DNA from: an uncultured virus (IMG/VR IMGVR_UViG_3300045284_000132)
Lineage: Duplodnaviria; Heunggongvirae; Uroviricota; Caudoviricetes
DNA length: 64,000 nucleotides
Strand: one strand, 5' to 3'
IMG/VR virus record: IMGVR_UViG_3300045284_000132
In this document: positions 1 to 10,723 of the stretch, one piece after another
Layout: every line of letters starts with the position of its first letter
How positions within the stretch are numbered: the first letter of the stretch is position 1
Made by a program: the position numbers and the translations under genes
Notes under the pieces: model-generated
Database searches by the model: none
Told to the model about the DNA's origin: nothing
Seen by the model: only the letters and a program-made list of their open reading frames with translations

Positions 1-273
1 GGCGCGTTCGCTTTCCGGCAAACTATTGTTGACCGGAGTGACGACGTGAGTGAAATAGGCGATGAAGTTTTCGTCCTTGATGCTGCCACCTATCGCAACC
101 CAAGTATCAATGACGAATCGCATGAAGCTAAGATGCTCCGTTGCCAATGCGACACGATGATCATCCGCAATCTTGTTGATCGCATCGCAGTGCAGTCTTG
201 CCGTCTTTTCAAGCGTGGCGCGCAAGTGATCGTCACGCTTGCGCTTGTCCTGATCGTCACGTTTACGCGTCAT
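1..273 (-). CDS. Hypothetical protein, runs off the window start (MTRKRDDQDKRKRDDH...)
   Basis: ATG at 273-271 overlaps the TGA of 270..626 (ATGA coupling); frame open to base 1. Confidence 0.55.
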   Translation of the reverse strand, partial: MTRKRDDQDKRKRDDHLRATLEKTARLHCDAINKIADDHRVALATEHLSFMRFVIDTWVAIGGSIKDENFIAYFTHVVTPVNNSLPESERA

Positions 274-626
274 GATTTGAGCTTTTTGCCGGTGAGCTTG
301 TAGCGTTGATATTTGTTATTCGCCGCTGGCATCTTTTTGATCAGCCCCAACTCGATCGCTTGACCGAGGGGTGTGCTGTAAGCGTATTCGGGATAGGCAT
401 CCCCGAAAATCGCCCTGCAGTCGGCGGCGGAAAACTGTGTTAGCTTGCGCGACTGCAATCCCGCCATCAGCAATTCGAGCTTAGAGCTTGCGATTTGCTT
501 GACAGCTTTGCCTTCGCGCTTGGCGTTGACGACGGGCGTGGGCGTCACGTCATACGCGATGCCGGACAAAGCCATCAGTGCCTGTCCTAGCTTTTTATCG
601 TCAACGAAACATTCGATCTTGAACAT
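270..626 (-). CDS. Hypothetical protein (118 aa)
   Basis: GGAG SD upstream, coupled to the next ORF. Confidence 0.6.
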   Translation of the reverse strand: MFKIECFVDDKKLGQALMALSGIAYDVTPTPVVNAKREGKAVKQIASSKLELLMAGLQSRKLTQFSAADCRAIFGDAYPEYAYSTPLGQAIELGLIKKMPAANNKYQRYKLTGKKLKS

Positions 627-1003
627 GCTTTCTCCGCTATTGAGTCGATCCTGCCACCATGCCTTGCAGCGCGCGCAATTTCAAGTTCTGCCTGAAACCA
701 TTCCACACGTGTAACTGTAGGCTTTGAGTCTGCGACCGGTCGCCACAGGAAGCTATACGGCGCTTTCCAGATCGCGACACAATCGCGACGCTGCCGCCTG
801 CAATGTCTTTGATTGTCAGGCACTTAGCAGGCATCGGCACGTTCCCTACAAGAGAATAAGACAAGCCAGACGCGTCCAGCGTATGCTATAAGAAAGCACC
901 GGAAACATTGATGTTTGCTAGGTCCGGCTGTATACGACTGATGCACGCTAGCGGTGATTTTCGCGATCATCGCGACACCGATACGACACTCAGGAGCCCT
1001 CCG

Positions 1004-2224
1004 ATGAGCAAGAAAAAAGTTACGCGCGTCATTCTCGAAGACCGCGACGCCCGCCTGAAGCTCGAACAGCGCAAGCGACCGCATTACCTGCAACTGCTGC
1101 CGGGGTTGTGTCTCGGCTACCGCCGCAATCAAAGCTGCGGCACGTGGGTCGCAAAAATCCAAAACGGAGTGGCCGCTATTAAGGCTCTCGGCGCTGCTGA
1201 CGACGCCGCTGGCAGCGGGCTGACGTTCGCCGAAGCCGAAGTCAAAGCGCGCGCGCTGCGCGGCGATACCGCGATCGATCCCACCAAGATCGTCTGCGTC
1301 GGCGATGCAATTCAGCAATGGCGCATGGATCTGATCGCGCGTGGCGGAAGTCCGAAAAACGCCGACGATCTGCTGCCGCATATCGCTGTGCTGGCAAAGC
1401 GCCCGGTCAAACTGCTGACTGCGATCGAGCTTCGAAACTGGCGCAACGGGCTGCGGCGGCGGCGCGGCGACGGCACGCTACAAAGCACAAGCAAAACTCG
1501 CATTTCAAAATCGCTGCGCGCTGCATTGACGCTCGCCGCGAAGCTCAACAGTTTCGAAAACCGTGACGCGTGGGAGATTGGACTCGAAGCGCTGCCAAAT
1601 ACATCGAACAAGGCGCGCAACAATTCGACTTTGCGCACTGAGCAAATCGGCGCGATCGTCAGCGCTGCCTATCGCAACTCGATCGAAGACGGTCGCATGA
1701 TCGAAACGCTCGCGGCGACTGGCGCGCGTTTCTCACAAGTGCAGCGCTTGACTGTCGATGATCTGCGATCGGACAAGTTGAACATGCCCGGATCATTGAA
1801 GGGCAAAAAGCATCGCAAGTGTGATCATAAGCCGGTGCAAATACTGCCGACATTGGCGATGCGCCTGCGTGTCGCTGCAGGCAATCGCGCGCCTGCTGAC
1901 GCGCTGCTGTTGAAATTCGGCAAGCGCTGGACTCAATCTCAGGTGCGGCGCGCGATGCGTGCGGCAGTCAAATGCGCCGGTCTCGATGCTGATCTGATCA
2001 CGCCCTATTGGTTGAGACATAGCAGCATGACGCGCGCGATCGAGAGCGGCGTGTCAGTGCAAGCGGTCGCGAAAACGCACGACACATCGGTCCCGATGAT
2101 CGAAGGTCATTATTGCCGATACATTCTCGAAAACGCGGAGACTGTCGCGCAGATTCGGAAAGCGCTTGTTGACTTCGACAGCGTGGAGACTGGCGGCGTC
2201 GTCACGCCGATCAAAGCTGCCTGA
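1004..2224 (+). CDS. int: Tyrosine recombinase / phage integrase
   Basis: Catalytic-type motifs TGAR, LRHS, HDTSVPMIEGHY; N-terminal arm-binding-like region (LGYRRNQSCGTWV); SD CAGGAG before ATG 1004 (ORF track opens at 908). Confidence 0.92.
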   Translation: MSKKKVTRVILEDRDARLKLEQRKRPHYLQLLPGLCLGYRRNQSCGTWVAKIQNGVAAIKALGAADDAAGSGLTFAEAEVKARALRGDTAIDPTKIVCVGDAIQQWRMDLIARGGSPKNADDLLPHIAVLAKRPVKLLTAIELRNWRNGLRRRRGDGTLQSTSKTRISKSLRAALTLAAKLNSFENRDAWEIGLEALPNTSNKARNNSTLRTEQIGAIVSAAYRNSIEDGRMIETLAATGARFSQVQRLTVDDLRSDKLNMPGSLKGKKHRKCDHKPVQILPTLAMRLRVAAGNRAPADALLLKFGKRWTQSQVRRAMRAAVKCAGLDADLITPYWLRHSSMTRAIESGVSVQAVAKTHDTSVPMIEGHYCRYILENAETVAQIRKALVDFDSVETGGVVTPIKAA

Positions 2225-2254
2225 CGAATAGATCGAACGGTATATGGGCGCGGG

Positions 2255-2539
2255 CTATTCCTGCGGCTTGGTCGATCCGGGAGGATAGATGTCGGGTCGC
2301 AATAGCTCGCGAGAAATCCCGGTTATGCGCTCAATGTCAAGGACACGCTCAGCAGGAGCCTTGTGCCATTTGCGCAATGATTGCGCCGTGATTCCGAGAG
2401 CACGACCAAGCGCTCGCTGACCGCCCGCATGGGCGATTGCGCGCTGCAACGCTTGCTCTGCCACAATCTCAATCGCCCGCTGCAATGCGTGATCGGATGC
2501 GATCGGTCGCTCACTGTTCAAAATAATCATCCGGTGCAA
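2255..2539 (-). CDS. Cro/CI-like (YdaS-type) HTH regulator; start uncertain
   Basis: AGGQRALGRALGITAQSLRKW...PAERVLDIERITGISRELLRPDIY is typical of this family. Confidence 0.85.
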   Translation of the reverse strand: MHRMIILNSERPIASDHALQRAIEIVAEQALQRAIAHAGGQRALGRALGITAQSLRKWHKAPAERVLDIERITGISRELLRPDIYPPGSTKPQE

Positions 2540-2577
2540 GCCTTATGCTTGACATTCGTCAATGCAAGCGTAAGGCT
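2539..2577. promoter_or_regulatory. Divergent promoter/operator between the HTH gene and the ParB-like genes
   Basis: Inverted repeat AGCCTTATGCTTG...CAAGCGTAAGGCT; TTGACA (+, 2549-2554) and TTGACG (-, 2557-2562) in the middle. Confidence 0.6.
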
Positions 2578-2628
2578 AACAGTCATGCGCCACTCGGCGC
2601 AAGGCATTACAAAGGAGATTTCCCACCA

Positions 2629-3648
2629 ATGCCAGTCACTCCCCGTTTCAACGGCGCACCCGCGCAAGCCGTTGATATTCCGGCCATGTGCCTACTTTAT
2701 GTAGGCGTAGAGCCGACGTTCGACCCGCGCTATGACCGACTGCATATTCCTACCACGGAACGCGTGCAGTCACGGGTAGATCGCAACAGTGCGCCGGATC
2801 ATATGGTCCGTCGCTACGCCATGCAAATGGGCGAGAGCCACTTCCCGGCGATCTTGCTCACTCAGGATGGCATCAAGATCGACGGCAACACCCGCGAGCG
2901 CGCCCATGCTCTGCGCAATGAGCGATTCATCGAGGCGTGGGTACTTCCCATCGCGTGGGAAGGTGCCGATCAGGCTATCAAGGACAAGCTGTTGTTGTTG
3001 AGCCAAGTGCTCAACAACATGAACGGCTTGCCCTTGGACGACGACGAACGCTTGAACATGGCCGAGAATATGATTCGGCAGCAAGCGTCGGACGAGGAAA
3101 TCATGACGAAAGTCGGGATGCCCGCGTCCAAGGTTGCGTTGCTGCGTGATCAGCATCGTGCCATCGAGCGCTTGAAGCATCTCGACATCGACCCTGCGCC
3201 TCTCTCGGCCGGGACATTGCGGGCACTCGGAAAGCCAACCGCGATGCGTTTGGACGACGAGAGCTATATCGGTGTCGCTCAATTGGCCGTTGATGCCAAT
3301 CTCAAGGGCGGCCCGGTCAAAGCGCTTGCCGCCTCGATCAACGAGGCAGCGACGCCAGCTACCCGGCGCGAGCGTCTGGCGCGTGAGCGTCAAGCGCTTG
3401 AGCCGGTCATCACGGCACGTCAGCATGGTCAGAGCAATCAGAGTTTGACTGCGAGTCTGTCCAAGGTTCTCATCAAGTTGCTTGACAAGCCGATCACGGT
3501 CTTCATCGAAAGCAACCCTGAGAAAATCGTGGAATACACGCAACTACTCGGGCGAGGCATTGAGCGTCTGACCGAGATACACGCACTGCAGCAACAGGGT
3601 CAGCCGGCTGCGCCGACTGCCCCGCAAGCATCGGCCACTGTCCAGTAA
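2629..3648 (+). CDS. ParB/Srx-like N-terminal domain protein
   Basis: FPAILLTQDGIKIDGNTRERAH resembles the ParB DGxxR box; SD AAGGAG at 2612-2617. Confidence 0.65.
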   Translation: MPVTPRFNGAPAQAVDIPAMCLLYVGVEPTFDPRYDRLHIPTTERVQSRVDRNSAPDHMVRRYAMQMGESHFPAILLTQDGIKIDGNTRERAHALRNERFIEAWVLPIAWEGADQAIKDKLLLLSQVLNNMNGLPLDDDERLNMAENMIRQQASDEEIMTKVGMPASKVALLRDQHRAIERLKHLDIDPAPLSAGTLRALGKPTAMRLDDESYIGVAQLAVDANLKGGPVKALAASINEAATPATRRERLARERQALEPVITARQHGQSNQSLTASLSKVLIKLLDKPITVFIESNPEKIVEYTQLLGRGIERLTEIHALQQQGQPAAPTAPQASATVQ

Positions 3649-3649
3649 A

Positions 3650-4948
3650 ATGTTCACCAGTGGCGACCGCGCGTCATGGCTTAACGCCATAGCCGCGAAG
3701 ATCATGGACGGGGGCGATTCGCCCCCGTCTTTGATTTATCTCACCCGCGTCATCCCCGGTCAGATTGTCACCGGTCAGAATGATGGACATGTCACCGCCG
3801 CCGCCGCACTCGGAGAAAACGCGCGCGATGATTACAAGGCCGGTCAGCGCATCATCGTCGAAGAAATGGTGAATCTGCTGCGCGAACAAGGCTACGTCGG
3901 CGGCAATGATGATGCTTTGACGTGGATGAAGCCGCTCGACGGCACGTGGCGCGTTGATATGCCCGAAGGCGATCGACAACTCACTGTTTTCGGTCAGCGC
4001 GAGCGGCGTATGTCGCGCGACCGGGCTATTGTTGGTGAGCGCGACGAGATTGACGGCAGTCGTATCGGTGTGCCGAGCATATTCGAAACCGGCAAGGGCC
4101 AGCCGTTAGAGTTGCTGGTGGAAAGCTCGCGCGGCAACATTACGACGCAGAAATTTGCCATTCATCCGTTGGCGCTGATCATCCCGCCGATGACTGAGCG
4201 TGAGCGAGAGGGGTTGCGTGGAGACATAGAGCGCAACGGCGTAAAGGCCCCGATCGTTATCTATCAGAAGAAAATTTTGGATGGTCGCAATCGCGCATAT
4301 CATGCCTCAGTCCTGAAGAAGCCAATTCGAATTTGGGAATTCGAGGGCACTGAGGAAGATGCGCGTCGATTTGTCATCAGTCTTAACATCTTTCGGCGGC
4401 ATCTCAACGCGTTGCAACTAGCAGTCTTTGCGGAGGAACAGTACGGGCCAAAAGCCGACAAGATTGTTGCTGACGCACTCGCGCAAGGACGCATTCGAGG
4501 AAACCAAAACCGTGTGCCGTCTCCGACGATTTCGTCGGACACGGGATCGCGCAACCGAGGCCCACAACGCGACGAAATTGTTGCTGAGTTGGCTAAAGCT
4601 GACGGCATCAAGACAACGGGCTACGCGGTCGGCGGCGCGCGCGAGATAGTGAAAGCGCCGCAAACATTGGCACAGGTCAAGGGCGGGAAATATCATAAGA
4701 CTAGAGACGCGGTTGCTGCCGCGCTCAAGGAACAAAACAAGTCGATACCAGTCCTGCTGCCGGAGATGAAGCCTCGATCAATCATTGAACGACAGGGCAT
4801 CTGCATCGACAATCTCAACAAAATGCTAATTGATTTGGAAATGCGACCCGGAGAAACGCCAGAGCTAATGAGCGAACGTGCTCAACTAATCATCGAGTTG
4901 GCTATACAACATCAAACGGAGCTTCGCAGACGAAAGATGATCCCATGA
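3650..4948 (+). CDS. Protein with central ParB-like domain
   Basis: IHPLALIIPPMT...DIERNGVKAPIVIYQKKILDGRNR...FVISLNIFRRHL. Confidence 0.75.
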   Translation: MFTSGDRASWLNAIAAKIMDGGDSPPSLIYLTRVIPGQIVTGQNDGHVTAAAALGENARDDYKAGQRIIVEEMVNLLREQGYVGGNDDALTWMKPLDGTWRVDMPEGDRQLTVFGQRERRMSRDRAIVGERDEIDGSRIGVPSIFETGKGQPLELLVESSRGNITTQKFAIHPLALIIPPMTEREREGLRGDIERNGVKAPIVIYQKKILDGRNRAYHASVLKKPIRIWEFEGTEEDARRFVISLNIFRRHLNALQLAVFAEEQYGPKADKIVADALAQGRIRGNQNRVPSPTISSDTGSRNRGPQRDEIVAELAKADGIKTTGYAVGGAREIVKAPQTLAQVKGGKYHKTRDAVAAALKEQNKSIPVLLPEMKPRSIIERQGICIDNLNKMLIDLEMRPGETPELMSERAQLIIELAIQHQTELRRRKMIP

Positions 4949-5098
4949 GCGTATCGGATACAATTGATGATGCTGAGATAAGCCAATGGTGCCGAATCTT
5001 CATGCAGGAATTAGTGAAGCGCGGGCAAGCGAGAGTGATCAAACACGAACCGCTGCTCCGCGACGAAGCCACAAACCGAAAACGTTAGGGAGAAAACA

Positions 5099-8000
5099 AT
5101 GTCATTGCCACCTAACTTTGGGACATTCGATGAGTTGCCACCCGGCTATCGGGACGCGCTTGTCAAGCACATGAAGGCACTTGTTGATTGGTGCGCTGTC
5201 AACAATATCGACAACGACGAATCGGTGCCTGTGCTTGCGCTCACGTGCGGCACCATTATCAAACACATGGCGCGCATCGCGCCACAGGACAACTATCAGG
5301 CACACTTGGACGAAGGCATTGCTATTGCGTGCGCGATGATCCGCACTGCAGCAACAATGAAGACGAAGCCATGAACATCAGCGACGACGACGTAAAGATT
5401 GCGCATCGTGGCGGTCAACTGATTAAGATTCTGCATCTCGCGGGCCTGCCCGGAATGGATGAGGTTGCTGTCAAGCTCAACTGCGGACTGACGTGGGATG
5501 AGCAGCGCACTGCCGAAAAATGGTTCATCGCGTTTCAGATAGCGCGATTGACTGATCAGAATATATTCGAGATGGCGAGCGAGCTTAACAAAACAGCGAA
5601 GCACTGAGGCTCATCATGATGGAATTCAGAGTCGGATCGACTCTCCTCGAAGACAAGCCGATGGTCGAGGTTTATCTTGACGGCATGTTTGTCGCTGGCA
5701 TCTATGCGAGCGAAGGCAAGAACATTCGCCAAGAACCGCGACCGGCGATCAAAGTGATCAGCAAATACTTTGAGGATTATTGCTACTATACCGATGGTGG
5801 CGAACCCTCAGCAATCCATCTGTTGTTGGACCCAGCGCAATAAATGGCAACGCAACTCGCATTGCTGATGATGGTCGCGGCTGTGCTGCTCGCGGCGTTG
5901 TGGCTTTTGCTGATCAGGTGACATTCATGCCAGCCGTCATCAAATTTCGCAAGCAAATAATTGACGATCGCCATCTGAAGCGGAAGCGACCATCGTGGCG
6001 CGTCATCATCGATCGCCAGCATCGCGCGACTATTTGTCAGGAGCTTTACAGTCGCAATCGCTATTACATCGTTGACCCGAACGGGAATTTGCTGCTGCGC
6101 GATGACGATCGCATCGGTATGACACGCCGAGATTGGGAATGGACGATCGCCGAGATGTTGGCGCACGGGTTCATCCCGACTCGAGAACAGCTAGCCGAAA
6201 AACGTCAACGACAGGAGCATGCGCCCGAATTCGATCAGATCATCGATTCACGAAAGGCGCACTATTGGTCTCGGCATCTATATGCCGCGTTGAAAATGGT
6301 GCAACGTTGCTTGCGCGATGGGACAACAATCAATGAAGTGCACAGGCGCTGCATTGACGATGCGCTCGATCGCGTGGATGGAATTTATCGATGAGCGCAA
6401 TTGATCCGATCAAAGTGCTGCGCGAGCGCGTGGGCTATCTCGATCGGATGTTGGCGGAATACAGGCTGCAGGTGCAACAACTGGAAAACGATCGCATCAA
6501 ACAAGCCGAGACCGAGCGCACTGCACTGATGGTGGCGATCGGGATAATGGAGGGACGCGATGCTGAGCGAAAGTGATCTGCACTATCTGCGCTCGATCCT
6601 TGGGCATCTGCAGGAAGTCCACACAGTTGTCGAAGGGCTGAGCTTAGGCGGTGAAGCTCTCGCCGACAACATCGATTGGCTTGATTGCTTCATCGCTCGA
6701 CATCAGCAAGTGCTCGATGCGCTTGCGAAACAAACGCGCGCAAGTGAGGGATAGAGCAATGCTAGAAAACTGTTGCATTAGCTTTGAAGTGCCCGGTGAA
6801 ATACGCGTGTCGGAGCGCAGCAAGAAAAACGAAAATGGATTGTGGGACTCGATCGAGTTAGTTGAAGTTGACAAAGCCGTTTGCGTCTCGATTGATTGTA
6901 ACGACAATGTCGATGGAATAAGTGTCGGGTTTTCCGCACATCATATCGAAAACGAAGAAAGCGGGCGCGCTTTTCATTCAACGCTCGATGCGCATTTGGA
7001 TTGGAAAGCGACGCGACAGTTGCGCGACTTTCTCAGTTTGTTGCTCACGATGAAAGATGACATCGAGGCACAAGCCGATGAGTGATGCCAGCATTCAGTT
7101 TTGCCGGAAGTGCCGTGAACCGGAATATGCCTGCGAGTGCTTCGAGCCTGCATTGCTGCCGTCGCTAGTCTCGTTGCTGATGGCTGAAAAACCAGATCGC
7201 GAGATGATCAAGCTGGTCAAGTCCGTCATGTTCGATCAGGGAGAAACGAAATGACAGAACGTCTAGGCGACGCGCCGATTGAGCCGCAATACATCGAAAT
7301 GATGAACAGGATTGCTGGCGCGCTAGATACCGCATTCAACGACAAACTTAGAGGCAACGATCGCAAGGTCGGCTTTGTGTTGTTGGTGTTTCCGTTCGGT
7401 GAAAAGGAAGGCCGCTGCAATTTCATCAGCAACGGCGCTGATCGGAAAGACATCGTTGTGCTGTTCAAGGAGATGATCAAACGATTTGAGGGACAACCGG
7501 AGATGACGGGGCGCGCATGAGAGTCAAAGCCTATCAGGATGAGCAATGGACGTGGTTGGTATCGACTGACGTGACTGCTGCTGGCGGCGGCAGTCGGGAC
7601 AAAGTCGGTGACGTACCGGATCATTTTTATGCGCGCTATCAACTTGCGCAAGCCGAATGGTTTGAGGCGCGCAAGGCGATTTTAGATTGTCTCGGAATCG
7701 AAACGCGGTGGTCTGATCAATGATGCCACGCTTTGTTAGATACTATCGCTACATGCGACGAGTAGGTAGCTCGCGATGCGAGGCGCTGACGTGGGCGCTG
7801 GCAAATCTATGGGCGAGGCGACGATGACCGAGAGGGAAATTATTTGTTTGATATTCGGCGGCGGATTTGGCGCAATCCTTGCGCTTGGAATAGCGTCAAT
7901 GTGGTTGATAGCCCGATGACTCTCAGCATCACTGTGAAAGGCGATTGCGGCAAGGTGCATTCGTCTTTTGAAGATTGGCAATCGTGCGAGGCGTGCAGAC

Positions 8001-10187
8001 GAATAGGAGTCTATCAAGAATTCGAACAGCGCGTGAAAGCGTATTTTGATTCGGACCCGAACGAACCCGCTGCGCGTTTGATTCTCGATCTGTTGCGCGC
8101 ACTGAGAAAAGCGAAATGAAGTGTTATGAATATCCCGGCTGGTTACGCGACCGGCGCAAGGCGATCAGACTCGTTGCCGATGCGCACGGGCTGAGCGATG
8201 AATATGCGAACGTCGTCATCGAAATGCTCACGATTATCATGGGCGAAGAAATGAGCGGCGCAAACACGGCGCGCAAAATCAAAGCCGCCATTACTCGCGC
8301 GTGGACGATCAGAGCACCTGATTTGGACAAGTATGTCGAGGCGGAATGGGAAAAGCGATATGGCCCTGCACCAAGCAAAATCAAATGACCCGCGATGAAT
8401 TCATTGACCGATGGGTTGCTGCGATCAAGCAACTGAGCGGGGGGATCGAGCGCACAGATTATGGCGCGCTGTGGGAAGGTCAGAAGTTTTTCGCGCTGCC
8501 GTGCGACTGCGGTGAGGAAGGATGCAAGGGATGGGCGATGGTGCCTGACATACTTGTTGAGACGCATAATCTGTTTGATGCGCCGAAAGGGAAACATCAT
8601 GATTGATCTTGACGAATTCCAACGACGCGTTGATGCCTATTTCCAATGCGGTCAACGCTCAGAACCGCAGGGTCGGATCATTCTCGACATGATGCGCGCG
8701 ATGCGAGCGATGGCTGAGTATGAGCGCGGTCTAAAGGATGCGGCGGCAGAATTGCGCGCCGAGAACGAAGCGTTGCGCGCCAAGATGCGGCGCGTCCATC
8801 AATTGAACGCTGAAAATCTAGCAGACATCGACGCCATGATGGACCGGAAGCAATGACAGCACCGGATTGGTTCGTTGCCATCGTTGACAAGCTGCGTGGC
8901 GATTACAAGGATGGAAACTGGCTGCGCTCGCAACGTGTCGCGCAAGAATTGATCGAGGATGGGCACGGGCCGACTAACTGGCCCGATCTAGCGACGAATG
9001 ATCTAGTGCTCTATCAGAACGATGCGACGCGACCAAACAGACTTGTGTTGAGCAAGTCTGGTGACGGCTACAGCATCAGGATCGACACGCCGCTGTTCGA
9101 CACTCGCGTCGCTCCAATGATCACGCGATCGGAGTTGATCGACATAGCAATCAAGATGATCAGGGCAACGCGATGAGTGCTTGGCAAACTATTGAGACCG
9201 CCCCGATGGATGGAACAATCATCATCCTTCGTGGTTTGTGGAACGCGAGCGGGACGCTGCCGATGCTGGCGGGTGGCGGGTTGCTACAATCAACATCTAG
9301 GCTGGTGGCTGCGCGACAATCAGGGATGCGGATTTACAGTCAGTTGCAGTCCGACTCACTGGATGCCTTTACCGGAATTGCCATGACGATGACTGATGAA
9401 ATAACCGATCTGGAATTGCTGATCGCACTCGCTCACTATGAGAACGAGAACAAGCGGCTGACGGCGAGGCTGAAAGAGGCAATGAATGACTTGCAGGAAG
9501 GCGCAGTCATCATCACTGCGTACCGTGCGGAGATCGAGCGGATGATCAACAAGCTCGCAAACTACGAGTCCGAAGTCGTGCGCTCACATGCTGGCAATGA
9601 TGCGCTGCGCGCCGAGGTCGAGCGACTGGAAAAGCAGTTAGAGCTATCAGCAAACGCGTGGAAGGAATGGGAAGGCACGCTCAAACAACGCGACAACGAG
9701 ATTGCGCGGCTGCGGGCATTGCTCAAGACTGCGAAAGTGAACGTTGCCACGGATGAACGTGGCGAATGAAATACTCGATCGAATTGTTGCGCGCGATGAT
9801 TGGTCAAAATCAGCTTTCGATCATGCGCATGACCGGGACACCCTATGGCGAGAATGCGATTGCTGTGTTGCAATCTCAAATCGATCGTTGGCAGCAGGAA
9901 ATTGAAGCTCGCACTGAAGCACTGAAGGGGAACGCATGATCAAAGTCAAATGGGTCGACGGGCATCGCATCGCGAGCTTGCCGCCTAATCCCGAATTTCC
10001 GAACGGTGTTGATGTTGATACGTCGGGCGGCGCGTTCAAGACGTGCAGCACATTGCTGCCCTATCCCGCCGAGCGCTGCGGCTTCTACTCGATCAAGTGT
10101 GAGGAATGCGGCATGACCGGCTTGATCACAACGGCAGGGCGCGACGATGATCCGCGATCGGTCAAGGTTGCATGCAAACTGAATTGA
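5099..10187 (+). other. Cluster of about 19 short, mostly translationally coupled hypothetical early genes (e.g. 5099-5374, 5371-5607, 5616-5843, 6391-6576, 6560-6754, 7251-7520, 7517-7723, 8116-8388, 8599-8856, 8853-9176, 9936-10187)
   Basis: Repeated ATGA start/stop overlaps and same-strand tiling. Confidence 0.7.
9173..9386 (+). pseudogene. DUF551-like gene frameshifted by a 7-bp tandem duplication
   Basis: N-terminal WQTIETAP and C-terminal PTHWMPLPELP lie in different frames; TGGCGGG is duplicated at 9267-9280. Confidence 0.7.
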
Positions 10188-10723
10188 TTGGAATGTGTCA
10201 GCCGTCACAGACATCGGGGCGCGCAATTGACGACTCTAGCAGACGACGGCGGAAGTCCGTGAGGCCCCACGCTTCCGCCGTCAGCAGGGCAAGAACATCG
10301 GCCAATGCAACTGTCCCGCCACTGCGCACTCTAACGCGCGGTGAAGATCAGCGCCAGCGCAAGGCCGACTAGCAGCAGACACAGAAAAATGTTTTCGGAA
10401 TAGATCAGGACCGCAAGCGAGGCTGCGAGCAGACTGAAGCTGGCGAACGCGCGCATCATGTCCATACGAGCACACAGCGAGCCATCAACAACTATAGCAT
10501 CGTTGCTGCGGCCATTGGCGTTGCAACAAGTAAGCGTCGCATACCATTAGCATCGACATCTTATCCACATCCATCAACAGCGAGATTGTCGCGTCAACGC
10601 ACCACATCTTGCGATCATAACTGAAATCCGATTCCCACCTTTGACATTTCGCGCGTGCGGGATGACGCTTGCGTGACACTCGGCACGCGCGTCTCACTAA
10701 AAAGAAAATCGGGAGTGGCTTCG

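Noticed and set aside
865..1000. attP site or tRNA-like core next to the integrase
   Set aside because: No recognisable tRNA 3' end or core repeat by eye; the position is plausible but unsupported.
960..1006. Integrase leader (CAGGAGCCC after a TCGCGAT/ATCGCGA hairpin) as an additional sRNA target
   Set aside because: Only 7 nt of the SD box match and the CUUGCA loop is absent; not supportable.
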